Shown here piece by piece: positions 19,378 to 26,818 of a stretch of 32,000 nucleotides of DNA. Source of the stretch: Candidatus Saccharimonadota bacterium (GTDB taxonomy: Bacteria > Pseudomonadota > Gammaproteobacteria > Enterobacterales > Enterobacteriaceae); contig NZ_OZ060402.1 in the NCBI RefSeq assembly GCF_964059045.1, positions 240,001 to 272,000 of the forward strand, written 5' to 3'. The notes below the pieces were generated by a model. It was not told where the DNA came from. It did not search any database and saw only the letters and a program-made list of their open reading frames with translations. Each line of letters opens with the position of its first letter. Within the stretch, counting starts at the first letter, position 1. The translations under genes were made by a program, and so were the position numbers.

Positions 19378-19480
19378 CGAATTAATATTTTTATTAATAT
19401 ATCACATATTATATATTATTTGTTAAAAATAATATATAATATGTGATATATTAATAAAAATATTAATTCGATGATGAATT
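19368..19480. repeat. Perfect palindrome: 54-bp arms (19368-19421 / 19427-19480) around a 5-nt loop gttaa
   Basis: I paired the bases by hand: 54 of 54 positions are complementary (6 G:C pairs). Pairing fails at 19367/19481. It spans the entire 85-bp rnhA-gloB spacer, the first 10 nt of gloB, and the last 5 codons plus stop of rnhA. Confidence 0.95.
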
Positions 19481-19948
19481 ATTAATATTATCTATATATC
19501 CAAAATCTATCAATGATGGATTTTTTGCTGACATTTTTGCTAATAAATCACATTTCTCATTTTCAATATATCCTGAATGACTATTAATCCATATCCATTG
19601 AATTTTATGAATTTTCATTATTGTGTTTAATTTAGTCCATAAATCTAAATTTTTTATTAATTTGTTGTTATTGTTTCTCCAATTTTTTTTTTTCCAATTT
19701 TTTAACCAAATGGATACACCTTTTTGAACATATTGACTATCAGTAATAATTTTTATTTGACACATTTCCTTTATTTTTTCTATTCCTATAATAACACTCA
19801 TTAACTCCATACGATTATTGGTAGTCCAATAAAATCCATTTTGAAATATTTTTTCATGTTTTTTATACCGCATTAATATTCCATATCCACCAGGTCCTGG
19901 ATTGCCTAAACATGATCCATCTGTAAAAATTGTAATTGATTTTAACAT
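19463..19948 (-). CDS. rnhA: Ribonuclease HI
   Basis: 161-aa ORF. ITIFTDGSCLGNPGPGGYG matches E. coli VEIFTDGSCLGNPGPGGYG, followed by TTNNRMEL and DSQYV. It is divergent from dnaQ as in E. coli. Confidence 0.95.
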   Translation of the reverse strand: MLKSITIFTDGSCLGNPGPGGYGILMRYKKHEKIFQNGFYWTTNNRMELMSVIIGIEKIKEMCQIKIITDSQYVQKGVSIWLKNWKKKNWRNNNNKLIKNLDLWTKLNTIMKIHKIQWIWINSHSGYIENEKCDLLAKMSAKNPSLIDFGYIDNINNSSSN

Positions 19949-20028
19949 ATTATTATTTTTTTGATTGTATGAATATATTTATATTTATCAAATTCAATTT
20001 TAAAAATCTATATTTTAATTATATTATT

Positions 20029-20766
20029 ATGAATAAATTACAAAAAAGACAAATTGTATTAGATACTGAAACTACAGGAATGAATATTACAGGTGTTCAT
20101 TATCTTGGTCATAAAATTATTGAAATAGGTGCAGTGGAAATTATTAATAGAAAATTAACTGGTAATAATTTTCATGTATATATTCAACCTAATCGAATTA
20201 TAGAACAGTCAGCATTTTTGATTCATGGAATTTCTAATGATTTTTTATTAAATAAACCAAAATTTATTAATATTGTAAATAATTTTTTAAATTATATTAA
20301 AGGAACTGAATTAATTTTACATAATGCAAATTTTGATATTAGTTTTATTGATTATGAATTAAAATTATTAAATATGAATTTTCCTTTAATAAAAAATATT
20401 TGTAAGATTACTGATAGTTTATCTATTGCTAGAAAAATATTTCCAGGAAAAAAAAATAATTTAGATGCATTGTGTTTACGTTATAATATTCCAGTTAATA
20501 GAAATACCCATAGTGCTATTTTAGATGCAAAAATTTTAGCAAAAATATATTTATTAATGACTTTGAATCAAGAACAAATAAATTTTTCTAATTTGATTAA
20601 AAATGATAATTTAATAGATTATAAAATTAAACATAATCCATGTTTATCAAAATTATTAAAAAATGCAAATCCAATAGAAATAAATAATCATGAAATATAT
20701 TTAAAAAATATGATAAAAAAATCTGGAAAATGTATTTGGAAAGAAAAATTATCAATTAAACATTGA
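20029..20766 (+). CDS. dnaQ: DNA polymerase III epsilon subunit (3'-5' proofreading exonuclease)
   Basis: MNKLQKRQIVLDTETTGMN aligns with the E. coli DnaQ N-terminus (..TRQIVLDTETTGMN). ExoII (HNANFDISF) and ExoIII (HSAILDAKILAKIY) motifs are present. The track ORF starts at 19936, but that extension overlaps rnhA and has no homologue counterpart. Confidence 0.93.
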   Translation: MNKLQKRQIVLDTETTGMNITGVHYLGHKIIEIGAVEIINRKLTGNNFHVYIQPNRIIEQSAFLIHGISNDFLLNKPKFINIVNNFLNYIKGTELILHNANFDISFIDYELKLLNMNFPLIKNICKITDSLSIARKIFPGKKNNLDALCLRYNIPVNRNTHSAILDAKILAKIYLLMTLNQEQINFSNLIKNDNLIDYKIKHNPCLSKLLKNANPIEINNHEIYLKNMIKKSGKCIWKEKLSIKH

Positions 20767-20773
20767 ATAGATA

Positions 20774-20801
20774 TTGACTTGTTAATAAAAAAATGTATAA
20801 T
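20774..20801 (+). promoter_or_regulatory. Candidate sigma70 promoter of tRNA-Asp (TTGACT, 16-nt spacer, TATAAT)
   Basis: TTGACT lies at 20774-20779 and a consensus TATAAT at 20796-20801. The -10 element ends 34 nt upstream of the tRNA 5' end. The promoter begins 8 nt after the dnaQ stop. Confidence 0.55.
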
Positions 20802-20835
20802 TTTATTTTTATTATAATAAATATTTTTATTTTTA

Positions 20836-20909
20836 GGTGCGGTAGTTCAGATCGGTAGAATACTGGCCTGTCACGCCAGGGGTCACGGGTTCGAACCCCG
20901 TCCGCACCG
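20836..20909 (+). tRNA. aspV: tRNA-Asp (anticodon GUC), CCA not encoded
   Basis: The 74-nt sequence ggtgcggtagttcag..ctggcctGTCacgccagg..acgggttcgaaccccgtccgcaccg has an acceptor stem ggtgcgg/ccgcacc and a T-arm acggg/cccgt. It is similar to E. coli tRNA-Asp and follows dnaQ as E. coli aspV does. Confidence 0.95.
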
Positions 20910-21103
20910 AAATAAAAAATTTTATTTTATATATATTATTATTTAAATTAAATTCAATATATTTATATATGTATATATATTTTTATTTTTGTATAAAAAT
21001 AAAAATTTTATGAATTGCATTGATTTAATAAAAAGTTTTATTTTATGTGAAATAAATAAATTATAGTTAATTTAACAATAGTATTATTTTAGGATTTTGT
21101 TTA

Positions 21104-21559
21104 ATGACTAATAAATACATTGTTACTTGGGATATGATTCATATTCATGCTAAAAAATTAGCTAGAATTTTAATATCTATTAAAAAATGGAATCGTGTTA
21201 TTGCAGTTAGTCGTGGAGGATTAGTTCCAGCTGCCATTTTATCCAGAGAGTTAGGAATTCGTTGTGTTGATACAGTTTGTATTTCTAGTTATGATTATAA
21301 GACCATTCGTGATTTAAAAATAATAAAAATAGCTGAAGGGGATTGTAATGATACTATTATTATAGACGATTTAGTAGATACAGGTGGCACAGCAAAAATT
21401 ATTCGTAAGATATATCCAAATTCTTATTTTGTTACAATTTTTGCAAAACCAAATTCTCGTTTATTAGTTGATAAATATATCATAGATGTTCCTCAAAATA
21501 TATGGATTGAATTACCATGGGATATGTCTATTAATTATGTTGAACCAATGATAAAATAA
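21104..21559 (+). CDS. gpt: Xanthine-guanine phosphoribosyltransferase
   Basis: 151-aa ORF (E. coli 152 aa) with [28 protein letters not shown] and the PRPP-binding loop [13 protein letters not shown]. Confidence 0.94.
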   Translation: MTNKYIVTWDMIHIHAKKLARILISIKKWNRVIAVSRGGLVPAAILSRELGIRCVDTVCISSYDYKTIRDLKIIKIAEGDCNDTIIIDDLVDTGGTAKIIRKIYPNSYFVTIFAKPNSRLLVDKYIIDVPQNIWIELPWDMSINYVEPMIK

Positions 21560-21609
21560 ATTATTTATTTACAATAGAAAACTATGTCCTATTTTATAGG
21601 AATTTTATT

Positions 21610-22224
21610 ATGATTGATATTAAAAATTCAGAATTGGAAGAAAAAAAAATTTTTGATGAAAAAAATGATAGTGGATTTTTTGATCAAAATAATCAAATCA
21701 TTGATAATAATGATTTGAATAATCAAATCATTGATAATAATGATTTGAATAATCAAATCATTGATAATAATGATTTGAATAATGATCTTATATTAATTAA
21801 AGAAAAATTTTTAAATTTAAAAAAATTATCAGAAAAAGAGATAAATAATACTCTTGTTAGAGTACAAAAAAATAATGAATTAAATTATAAATTTGCTTTA
21901 GAAAAAATTATCATTGCTTTGTTACCAACTATTGATAGTTTAGAACGTGCTTTGAATTTGTCTAATGATGCTGATTTGAATATGAAAAAATTCAATTGTG
22001 ATATCAATTTAATTTTAGAAAAATTTTTGAATGTATTGATTGAATTTAATGTAACCATTATTAATGAAAAAAATGTTCCATTTAATCCAGAATTCCATCA
22101 AGCAATGTCTGTAATTAACTCAACAAAAAATAAAGATAATTATGTCATGGATATTATTCAAAATGGATATTTATTACATCAACGGTTGTTAAGACCAGCT
22201 ATGGTCATTGTTTCTAAAAACTAA
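21610..22224 (+). CDS. grpE: Nucleotide exchange factor GrpE, with an N-terminal repeat expansion
   Basis: 204-aa ORF. YKFALEKIIIALLPTIDSLERAL and the C-terminal GY.L..R.LRPAMV.VSK match E. coli GrpE ([23 protein letters not shown] ... RPAMVTVAK). Confidence 0.93.
   Translation: MIDIKNSELEEKKIFDEKNDSGFFDQNNQIIDNNDLNNQIIDNNDLNNQIIDNNDLNNDLILIKEKFLNLKKLSEKEINNTLVRVQKNNELNYKFALEKIIIALLPTIDSLERALNLSNDADLNMKKFNCDINLILEKFLNVLIEFNVTIINEKNVPFNPEFHQAMSVINSTKNKDNYVMDIIQNGYLLHQRLLRPAMVIVSKN
21691..21780 (+). repeat. Perfect 3 x 30 bp tandem repeat inside grpE (aatcaaatcattgataataatgatttgaat)
   Basis: Segments 21691-21720, 21721-21750 and 21751-21780 are identical. The repeat is in frame and encodes NQIIDNNDLN three times. 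Degenerate partial copies flank it (tgat....aat at 21681-21690, aatgat at 21781-21786). Confidence 0.97.
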
Positions 22225-22264
22225 TTTTAACAAAATATAAAATATTCATTTAGTTATTTTATAT

Positions 22265-22561
22265 TTATTTAATATTGTTATATAAAATGTTTTTTCTTCT
22301 TTGTTCCATTGGGCTAAAAATTAAATTTCTATAAATTTCAATTCTATCATTATTGTTTAATTTATGATTTAAATTAACTAATTGACCATAAATTCCAATT
22401 TTATTTAAACAATTTTTATTATTTTTTATTTTATAAATTATTTTTGATTTTAAAATTGCTTGTATTACAGTACTGTTTTTTTTTATTTTTATTGAATATA
22501 TAAATTGTTCTTCAGGTAATGCATATACTACACTTACATTAATTGGATTCATAAAATACAT
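22265..22561 (-). CDS. yfjF: RnfH/YfjF (UPF0125) family protein
   Basis: 98-aa ORF. INVSVVYALPEEQF......K..STV..AI..S......KIGIYG......H.L...DRIEIYR.LI..P...RR is colinear with E. coli YfjF/RatB as recalled. The start may be the Met at 22552. Confidence 0.85.
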   Translation of the reverse strand: MYFMNPINVSVVYALPEEQFIYSIKIKKNSTVIQAILKSKIIYKIKNNKNCLNKIGIYGQLVNLNHKLNNNDRIEIYRNLIFSPMEQRRKNILYNNIK

Positions 22562-22701
22562 TATTGATTAAAAATGATATTTTGATTATATATAATTTAT
22601 ATAATAAATTCATTAATTAATATTTATTTAGTGAATTTATTATATTTATGTTATAAATATTATCATATATATTTTGAAGTCTAATATTAAAATATTATTT
22701 T

Positions 22702-23187
22702 ATGATAAAAAAAAAATCAAATCTTAATGTATTAGAAATACAATCAAACCAAAAAGCTTATTTTAATTTTTTTATAGAAAAAAAAATTGAAGCTGGCTTA
22801 ATTTTAAAAGGTTGGGAAGTTAAAAGTTTAAGATTAGGTATAGTAAATATTAATACTGCATATATTACTATTAAAAACAGTGAAGTATTTTTGTGTGGTT
22901 CATATTTTGAAAGATTATCAACAATATCTAAAAATATTTTAAAAAAAAAAAACGATCGTCAATGTAAGTTATTATTAAATAAATATGAAATTAATTTTTT
23001 GAAAAGTAAAATATATCAAAAAGGTTATACAATTATTCCTTTATCTATTTTTTTGAAAAAATCATGGTTTAAATTAAAGATAGGATTGGCTATAGGTAAA
23101 AAAAATCAAGATAAACGTATGGATGATAAAAAAAAACAATGGATAAGAGATAAAAATAGATTAATCAAAAATAAAAATTTAAATTGA
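22702..23187 (+). CDS. smpB: SsrA-binding protein SmpB
   Basis: 161-aa ORF (E. coli 160 aa) with NKKAYFNF.IE...EAGL.L.GWEVKSLR, KLLL.K.EI..L and GYT..PL motifs and a basic C-terminal tail. Confidence 0.92.
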   Translation: MIKKKSNLNVLEIQSNQKAYFNFFIEKKIEAGLILKGWEVKSLRLGIVNINTAYITIKNSEVFLCGSYFERLSTISKNILKKKNDRQCKLLLNKYEINFLKSKIYQKGYTIIPLSIFLKKSWFKLKIGLAIGKKNQDKRMDDKKKQWIRDKNRLIKNKNLN

Positions 23188-23219
23188 TTTTTAATATATA
23201 TATTATTTAAAAATAAAAT

Positions 23220-23696
23220 ATGACAAGTAATAATTCTGATGAATATTGGATGAAACAAGCCTTGAGATTAGCTAAATTATCTGAATTAATAGGTGAAATT
23301 CCTATCGGGGCTGTTTTAATTTTAGATAATAAAATTATTGGTAATGGTTGGAATTCTTCTATCAGCAAATGTGATCCCACTGCACATGCTGAGATTATTG
23401 CATTACGTGAAGGAGGTTTGTTTTTAAACAATTATCGTTTATTAAATACTACTTTATATGTTACATTAGAGCCTTGTTTAATGTGTTTAAATGCAATATT
23501 TTATAGCCGTATTTCAAATTTAGTATATGGTGCTAAAAATAATCGATATTGTTTTTTTAAAAAAAAATTAATAGATAACAATCTTTTTGCTAAAAAAATT
23601 ACTATTCATGGTGGTGTTTTAGAATTAACTTGTTCATTATTATTAAAAAATTTTTTTAAAAATAAAAGAAAAAATAAAAAAAATAATTTATTATAA
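23220..23696 (+). CDS. tadA: tRNA-specific adenosine deaminase TadA
   Basis: 158-aa ORF with the deaminase zinc motifs HAEIIALR and TLEPCLMCLNAI. The N-terminus EYWMKQAL.LA matches E. coli TadA (YfhC). Confidence 0.92.
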   Translation: MTSNNSDEYWMKQALRLAKLSELIGEIPIGAVLILDNKIIGNGWNSSISKCDPTAHAEIIALREGGLFLNNYRLLNTTLYVTLEPCLMCLNAIFYSRISNLVYGAKNNRYCFFKKKLIDNNLFAKKITIHGGVLELTCSLLLKNFFKNKRKNKKNNLL

Positions 23697-23698
23697 TT

Positions 23699-24079
23699 TT
23701 ATGTTTCAATAACGACTACTGCAAAAGTATATAATTCATCATGTGTTAATGATACATGAATAGATTTTATTTTTGATTGATTTAATATATTTATATTATT
23801 TTTTAATAAATTTATTTTTGGTTTTCCTAATTTATCATAATATAATTCAATATGTTTAAAAAAAATTCCTTGTTGTATTCCTGTTCCTAATGCTTTAGAA
23901 GTGGCTTCTTTAATTGCAAACCTATTAGCTAAAAAATTAATTGGATGATTGTTTTTTATAATTTCTTGATATTCATTTTTAGATAGAATTTTTTTATAAA
24001 ATTGGTATTTAAATTTTTTTTTTATTCTTTCAATTCTTTTTAAAGAAACAATATCAGTTCCAATACCAAATATAGTCAT
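23699..24079 (-). CDS. acpS: Holo-ACP synthase
   Basis: 126-aa ORF, the same length as E. coli AcpS. Shared motifs are IFGIGTDIV...RIE, FLA.RFA.KEA.SKA.GTGI and VSLTHDE.Y..A.V.IE. Confidence 0.92.
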   Translation of the reverse strand: MTIFGIGTDIVSLKRIERIKKKFKYQFYKKILSKNEYQEIIKNNHPINFLANRFAIKEATSKALGTGIQQGIFFKHIELYYDKLGKPKINLLKNNINILNQSKIKSIHVSLTHDELYTFAVVVIET

Positions 24080-24238
24080 AAAGTAATATTTTATTGTTAT
24101 ATAAATTATTTAATTATATTACTGTAATTATTTTATATTGTACATTTTATTTTTAAAATATATTGATATATTTCAATTTTTTATTTTTATATAAATATTT
24201 TTATAAATAATAAATAAAAAAAATTTTTTAATAATTAT

Positions 24239-25099
24239 TTATGTAATATTATTTATTTTAACCCATATTGTTAAAAATATTTTTTTTTGTAATTTTTTTT
24301 CTATTTCTTTTCTAGATAAAGTACTTAAAATTTTTATTTTTTGTCCTTTTTTTCCAATGATAATTTTTTTTTGATTATTATTATTGACTATCAATAAAAC
24401 TTTTATACTATAATTTCCATTTTTTTGAACATCAATAGATTCTATTTTAATTTTTATAACATATGGAATTTCTTCTTGAAAATTTTTTATAATTTTTTCT
24501 CTTATTATTTCAGATATTGTAAATTTAAGTGAGTTTTGAGTGTTAATGTTTGAAGAATATTCATGTTCTGAAAGAGGTAGTATTGTTTTTATTTCTTGAA
24601 TTAAATAATTGATATTACTTTTATTTTTTGCTGAAATAGGAATGATTTGATTGCAATTATTAATTTTCCCTTTAATGAATGCAATGAAAGGTAACAATAA
24701 TTTTTTGTTTTTAATCAAATCAATTTTATTAATGACTATAATGATAGGTTTGTTAAATTTACTTATATTTTGAAGGATTTTTTGATCTTCAATTGTAAAA
24801 TTTTTTGGATTAAGTATGAATAAAATTATATCAGCTATTTTCATCGTATTTTTTGTTTCTTTATTTAAATCACAAGTATTAAAATATTTATTGTTTGTAT
24901 TAATTCCGGGGGTGTCAAAAATAATATATTGATAATTTTTTTTTGTTTTTATTCCTGTAGTTTTTGTTTGAGTTGTGTTTTTTTTATGCGATACAATTGA
25001 AATTGTATCTCCAATTATTTGATTGAGCAATGTAGACTTTCCTACATTACTTTTTCCTAATAAAATAATTTTTCCACAAAAATTATTATTGATATTCAT
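24239..25099 (-). CDS. era: GTPase Era
   Basis: 286-aa ORF with G motifs [20 protein letters not shown] and SA.. It has a KH-domain signature ([11 protein letters not shown]...EIPY; [10 protein letters not shown]). Its start ATG overlaps the rnc stop (ATGA). It is shorter than E. coli Era at the C-terminus. Confidence 0.92.
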   Translation of the reverse strand: MNINNNFCGKIILLGKSNVGKSTLLNQIIGDTISIVSHKKNTTQTKTTGIKTKKNYQYIIFDTPGINTNNKYFNTCDLNKETKNTMKIADIILFILNPKNFTIEDQKILQNISKFNKPIIIVINKIDLIKNKKLLLPFIAFIKGKINNCNQIIPISAKNKSNINYLIQEIKTILPLSEHEYSSNINTQNSLKFTISEIIREKIIKNFQEEIPYVIKIKIESIDVQKNGNYSIKVLLIVNNNNQKKIIIGKKGQKIKILSTLSRKEIEKKLQKKIFLTIWVKINNIT

Positions 25100-25776
25100 T
25101 CTAATCCTAGTTTTACTAGTGCATGTTGAGCTGCATTTTGTTCAGCTTTACGACGGCTAGCTCCAATTCCAATAAAATGTTCATTTAAACCAGTAATAAT
25201 GCAATGAATGGTGAATAATTGATTATGAGCTTCTCCATATACTTGCATAACTAAATATGATGGTAATGGTAATTTTCTTGCTTGTAAATATTCTTGTAGT
25301 CTTGTTTTAGGATCTTTTTGCTTATCTCCTGGGCTAATTTTTTTTAATCTTTTTTTATACCATTGTAAAATTAATAATTCTATTGTTGTTATATTACTAT
25401 CTAAAAAAATTCCACCTATAATTGCTTCAATAGTATTAGCCAGGATAGATTCTCTACATCCTCCTCCACTTTTTAATTCCCCTTGTCCTAATTGCAAATA
25501 TTCACCTAAATCAAATTCATATGCTAATTCAGCTAAAGTATGACCTCTGACTAAAGTTGCTCTCATTCGACTCATATCGCCTTCATTAACATATGGAAAA
25601 TCATGGTATAGTGCATTAGCAATAACAAAACTTAGAATTGAATCTCCTAAAAATTCAAGACGTTCATTATGTTTGCTATTTGCACTTCTATGTGTTAATG
25701 CTTGTTTTAAAATTTCTTTTTGTATGAAAGTATAACCTAGTACTTTTTGTAGTCTATCTATTGTGATATGATCCAT
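25096..25776 (-). CDS. rnc: Ribonuclease III
   Basis: 226-aa ORF, the same length as E. coli RNase III and very similar along its whole length. Shared blocks include [34 protein letters not shown]...[20 protein letters not shown] and [19 protein letters not shown], with a dsRBD ending in SRRKAEQ.AA..AL.KL.LE. Confidence 0.97.
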   Translation of the reverse strand: MDHITIDRLQKVLGYTFIQKEILKQALTHRSANSKHNERLEFLGDSILSFVIANALYHDFPYVNEGDMSRMRATLVRGHTLAELAYEFDLGEYLQLGQGELKSGGGCRESILANTIEAIIGGIFLDSNITTIELLILQWYKKRLKKISPGDKQKDPKTRLQEYLQARKLPLPSYLVMQVYGEAHNQLFTIHCIITGLNEHFIGIGASRRKAEQNAAQHALVKLGLE

Positions 25777-25888
25777 ATTGTACCAATATAAATATTTTTA
25801 ATATTGTTGTATAGAATAAAAAATAAAAAAATAAAGTAAGGTAAATATCTTACATGAATATTTTTTAATTAACTACATGGTATTATTT

Positions 25889-26794
25889 TTAATTAATTTT
25901 TCCTATTCTCAGAAAACGAAATGAAAAAGGCCATAAATTATATGTTTTTTTGATGCTCATCCAAATATGTGTAGCTTTACCTATTAAATTTTTTTCAGGA
26001 AGAAAACCCCAAAATCGACTATCAAAACTATTATCTCGATTATCACCCATGACAAAATATTTATTTTTAGGAACAATCCATACTTGATTTTGGTTTTTTT
26101 GATTTGTTAAATTATGATTATTGTGATTAAAAAAATAATTTAATACAAGAATATTATGCTGGTGATGATCAATATTTTCTTGTAATTCTTGTAAATAGAA
26201 AAAATATTTGAATAATTTTTTTTGTATTTTACTATGATTTTGAAAAGTATTAAATTCTTCTTTACATAAGATATTAATATTTTTATTTGTTTGGTTAATA
26301 TTTTTATATGTAATATTAATCACTGGACATGATTTTAAATTTATACATGATGGGATTATTTTTAATTTTTTATTTTGAGTATCATAAATAATTTTATCTC
26401 CAGGTAAACCAATAATTCTTTTTATATAATTTAATTTAGTATTTTTAGGATATCTAAAAACAGCAACATCTCCTCTTTTTGGTAAATTCATTTTTATAAG
26501 CGTAAAATGAAAAATAGGATCTTGAATATTATATGCAAATTTTTTTACTAAAATATAATCTCCTGTTAATAAAGTAGGAATCATGGATCCTGAAGAAATT
26601 TTAAATGGTTCATAGATAAAAGAACGAAAAAATAAAACAATAATAAATATAGGTAACATTGATTTAATTATTTCTAATAATTGTTTTTTTTTTGAATAAT
26701 TTTTGTTAAGTTGATGTCTAATAAAATTAAAAGAATATATGACAACGATTATTGATATTCCTAGTAATAAAAATTTATAAATTAAATTTATCAT
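25889..26794 (-). CDS. lepB: Signal peptidase I
   Basis: 301-aa ORF with N-terminal transmembrane segments. It carries the catalytic Ser box SGSMIPTL, the Lys box YIKRIIGLPGD, and GDNRDNSFDSRFWGF. Confidence 0.93.
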   Translation of the reverse strand: MINLIYKFLLLGISIIVVIYSFNFIRHQLNKNYSKKKQLLEIIKSMLPIFIIVLFFRSFIYEPFKISSGSMIPTLLTGDYILVKKFAYNIQDPIFHFTLIKMNLPKRGDVAVFRYPKNTKLNYIKRIIGLPGDKIIYDTQNKKLKIIPSCINLKSCPVINITYKNINQTNKNINILCKEEFNTFQNHSKIQKKLFKYFFYLQELQENIDHHQHNILVLNYFFNHNNHNLTNQKNQNQVWIVPKNKYFVMGDNRDNSFDSRFWGFLPEKNLIGKATHIWMSIKKTYNLWPFSFRFLRIGKIN

Positions 26795-26818
26795 TAATAC
26801 ATCCTTTTATTGATTGAA

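Noticed and set aside
19400-19450. The centre of the large palindrome as a dif / XerCD site
   Set aside because: The segment ataatatataatatgt resembles the AT-rich palindromic core of E. coli dif (ATAATGTATATTATGT) at about 14 of 16 positions. The G/C-containing XerC-arm bases (GGTGCGC) and the TAAAT end are absent. The similarity is confined to low-complexity AT palindrome expected from composition. I cannot verify that xerCD exist in this genome.
19936-20028. 31-codon N-terminal extension of dnaQ in the ORF track (MILTYYYFFDC...)
   Set aside because: The extension overlaps the rnhA start and is pure low-complexity sequence. It has no counterpart in DnaQ, and the Met at 20029 aligns with the E. 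coli N-terminus.
21691-21780. The grpE 30-bp repeats as a CRISPR array or non-coding minisatellite
   Set aside because: The units are directly adjacent with no spacers, in frame, and inside a well-supported ORF. No cas genes are present.
22599-22645. Inverted repeat of about 18 bp with one mismatch (22599-22616 / 22628-22645) in the yfjF-smpB divergent spacer, as a possible operator
   Set aside because: It is almost pure A/T and imperfect. Repeats of this size are plausible by chance in sequence of this composition. No regulator is implied by the context.
23207-23431. Track ORF 23207-23431 (-, 74 aa)
   Set aside because: It is antisense to tadA, whose zinc-binding deaminase motifs identify the real frame.
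25096-25776. rnc as a horizontally acquired or replaced gene, because of higher G+C and very high similarity to E. coli
   Set aside because: It sits in the ancestral lepA-lepB-rnc-era context with an ATGA overlap to a typically drifted era. Several substitutions (for example [17 protein letters not shown]) match what I recall of other Buchnera RNase III rather than free-living enterics. Strong purifying selection explains it better than transfer.
25836-25853. A hairpin (gtaag/cttac) followed by a T-rich run on the minus strand between lepB and rnc, as a terminator or as an RNase III autoregulatory leader like E. coli rncO
   Set aside because: It has only a 5-bp stem with an 8-nt loop, which is too weak to call in DNA of this composition.
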